From Camelus dromedarius (Eukaryota): a stretch of 64,000 bases of DNA. Location: positions 6,944,001-7,008,000 of the forward strand of contig NC_087436.1 of assembly GCF_036321535.1 (NCBI RefSeq), given 5' to 3'. The number at the start of each line of letters is the position of its first letter. Position 1 is the stretch's first letter. This document shows, piece after piece, positions 61,611 through 64,000 of the stretch. The position numbers were made by a program, and so were the translations under genes. The notes under the pieces are model-generated. The model was given only the letters and a program-made list of their open reading frames with translations. It made no database searches and had not been told where the DNA came from.

Positions 61611-62951
61611 GAATTGTGTGATTTAAAAAGTATATTGAGATAAGATGTATGTAGAAAACCATAATGTTAGAAGAGATGTTAGCCACATAATTACTTTTAT
61701 TGATGCTTTAAAAAAAATCCTGTCACATTCTTCTTTTCATATAAAAGCAATGTTAAGATAGGGCAATATTTACCCCTTAAAAAAAAAAAAGGCAACGAAA
61801 CTAAGAAGATGGGAGGGAGTGCCCCGTACAGACCCTCAGTTGGTGCTCCCTGTCCAGTGTCTCTCTGGGAAGGAAAATTTTGTGAATGGATGACACCTGA
61901 AAATAGATGATGACAGAGGATTTTCTTTCACATTTGGTGAAGTATTTGGGGAATGACTGGCAGTTCATTTTCAGAGGAGCGTAGGTTTCTTCCCTATGAT
62001 GGAGAAGAGGCATTCGTCAGAAATGAGAACTTCCTCATCAGAGCGCGTGAAAACTTCTGGTAAAACCTCACAGACTTTACCCTTAACAGAGAAAGTGGCG
62101 TGCCGGCGAGTAGAGATTCAGGATGGGAAAGGTGGAGGCAGAGACGTAGGACTTTCCAGCAACAGGTCTTGAGAAGCATTGGAGATAGTTCCTCGAGGTT
62201 TTGGTCTCCATTACTGCTGGTTCGTGTTTCTCTGAAGGGTTTGTGATCCTCAGAAGTCCTCGAACAGACAGTCGTGGCGTCTAGATGTGCCTCCTTGGGG
62301 AGCAGGCTCGTTTTCGTCGTGTAAGCAGGACGAGGGTTAACCTGATGTAACTTTTATTCTCTGGTCGTCCATTCATCACTTTCTAAATGTTGAAAATGAG
62401 GGAATTATTTTTTGAAACAACACTATGTATGAAAAAAGAAACTGAATCCATAGAATGAAAGTAGGAAGAGGAAACCCTTAGGTAATCCACCATAGTCATT
62501 CCACTCGTAGGCACGTTTGAGTCATTTCGGATTTGGGGTTTTTTTGCTTTCTGTTTTCACTCAGATTAACTACATCAGGGTCTCTGCACTTTAGTGAAGA
62601 CAAAGGACAGTTGCTTTCCTAATGTGTGATGATGCATCCTGTGAGGGCTTTCACTAAGAAGTCAGCACAAAGGCTACTGAAAATGTCCTTCCCTTTGAAA
62701 CTACAGGAAATTCAAGAATTACCCATGTTGTCCCAAGTGGAACTGAAAATGCTTCTTTATAAAAGAAAAGTTACTCAAAACCAGTTAGTTCCGGAGAAGC
62801 TCAGAAAGGCTTAAGTCTGTCGAGATAGCCTGTCCACAAATGTCTTTGCAAAATGAACGAGTGTGGACTATCTGTAAGTTTTATTCTGCAGCTGATCTTA
62901 ACATGGGATGTTGTATTTGAAGCAATGAAATTTTGGGGGATTTTATTTCAG

Positions 62952-63119
62952 GTAGACTATATGGATGAAAATGAAGAATATTTCCAGCGTCAAGCTTCTC
63001 ATCGACAGTCTCGAAGGAGATTCAGAAAAATCAACCAGAAAGGCGAAAGACAAACAATTATCGACACTGTGGACCCTTACCCTGTGGGGAAACCACCTTT
63101 GCCGAGAGGCTATCACACG
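62952..63119 (+). CDS. RAPGEF2: RAPGEF2 coding exon; 168 nt, VDYMDENEEYFQRQASHRQSRRRFRKINQKGERQTIIDTVDPYPVGKPPLPRGYHT
   Basis: ttttatttcAG acceptor, ACG|gtaagt donor. Phase 0-0. Contained in track ORF 62853..63167. Confidence 0.97.
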
Positions 63120-64000
63120 GTAAGTTGTCCAAGTATACAATACTTTCATTTATCTTTAGTTTCTTGAAGGGAGTCTCGTGAAAAGACATACAAGTTTTCT
63201 TTTTTTGATGCATAATTCCTTTCTGTGATATACTTATCCAAAATGCAAGTTTTCCTGGAAACACACATTATGGAAGTAGTTTTAAGGGACGTTGAAATAA
63301 GATATCAAAAGACATTGTTTAGCCTTTTTATCTCTTAAAATGTGCTCTGAGGCTCAGCTCTGTGGTCAGCATGTACCGTTGTCACTGGAATATTTTTAGG
63401 TTCTTGCCTTAATCTAAAACTTTGGCCTCCTCCCCATTCCCAGGGGCAGGTATCCTACCTGTTTTTTTATTCAAATGTAGCTCTCTAAAAATTACTTCTT
63501 ATTTTCATGGCTTTTTAATACTACTGTGAGACTATTACCTAAACATTTTTTTGTTTTTAATACAATGAAGCGAGAGTGTAATTTGAAATGATGCTTCTTA
63601 AAAGCCCGACCTACAGACGGTCTGAAACATTTCATTGTTAATTACATCATAAATATCAAGAAAATAGACTACTTTTTATGTTTGGGGAAACCAAGGCGCA
63701 GACAATGAGTGATGTGTATGAGACCCCAGTATCGTCAGTTTGAGAGCCTCGTTTTTCTTACTCCTTCTCTGCTCAGTGCACTGTGCACGTGTCCCCCGGT
63801 GGCCCATCCAAAAGGGTGGCACATATGTTTGAGGATTTCTCTTTTCAAAAAGAGAGGAACTGGAAGTTTTACATATGACATAATAAGATTAAACGTGGTT
63901 TGTCTATACTTGTAATTCTGTTGACTGAGTGATGTGAAATTAATTTTAAAATAAAATAAAAATATGAACAAAAGTATAAAATAAAAATGTGAAAAAATTA

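Noticed and set aside
14926..63119. RAPGEF6 as the gene identity
   Set aside because: From recall of the paralogues, segments such as MCETVRYERHEANEVLYYPDDIG and VDYMDENEEYFQRQAS fit RAPGEF2; a BLASTP would confirm.
62853..63167. 104-aa stand-alone ORF
   Set aside because: It is the 168-nt RAPGEF2 exon plus in-frame intron on both sides.
1..64000. CRISPR array, operon or other novel multi-gene system
   Set aside because: Mammalian intronic DNA; no regularly spaced repeats and no second credible gene seen.

Overview
Mammalian genomic DNA, most likely camelid (judged from ten copies of a tRNA-Ala-derived vic-1-like SINE). The whole window lies inside the 5' part of RAPGEF2 (PDZ-GEF1) on the + strand. 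Five short coding exons (14926-14996, 20152-20208, 31673-31756, 60778-60853, 62952-63119) splice at canonical AG/GT sites into one open 152-codon frame: DLEIVYSYLHGMEALSNLREHQLRLMCETVRYERHEANEVLYYPDDIGTCWYILLSGSVFIKESMFLPRSSFGKRSAGSFRRGCECIVLEPSEMIVVDYMDENEEYFQRQASHRQSRRRFRKINQKGERQTIIDTVDPYPVGKPPLPRGYHT. This is the N-terminal cNMP-binding-like region of the long isoform; start and stop codons lie outside the window. The rest is intron containing old and young L1 fragments, L2/MIR remnants, SINEs, microsatellites and three CpG-rich patches. Nearly all ORFs in the supplied track are spurious. I see no evidence for a new multi-gene system. The most notable unexplained signals are a 121-nt near-perfect hairpin (45130-45250), two candidate internal promoters/alternative first exons (~17.5-18.2 kb, ~54.0-54.6 kb), local AT-to-GC conversion of ancient repeats, and an L1 insertion 22 nt from a splice donor. 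Repeat family names and boundaries are by eye and approximate.
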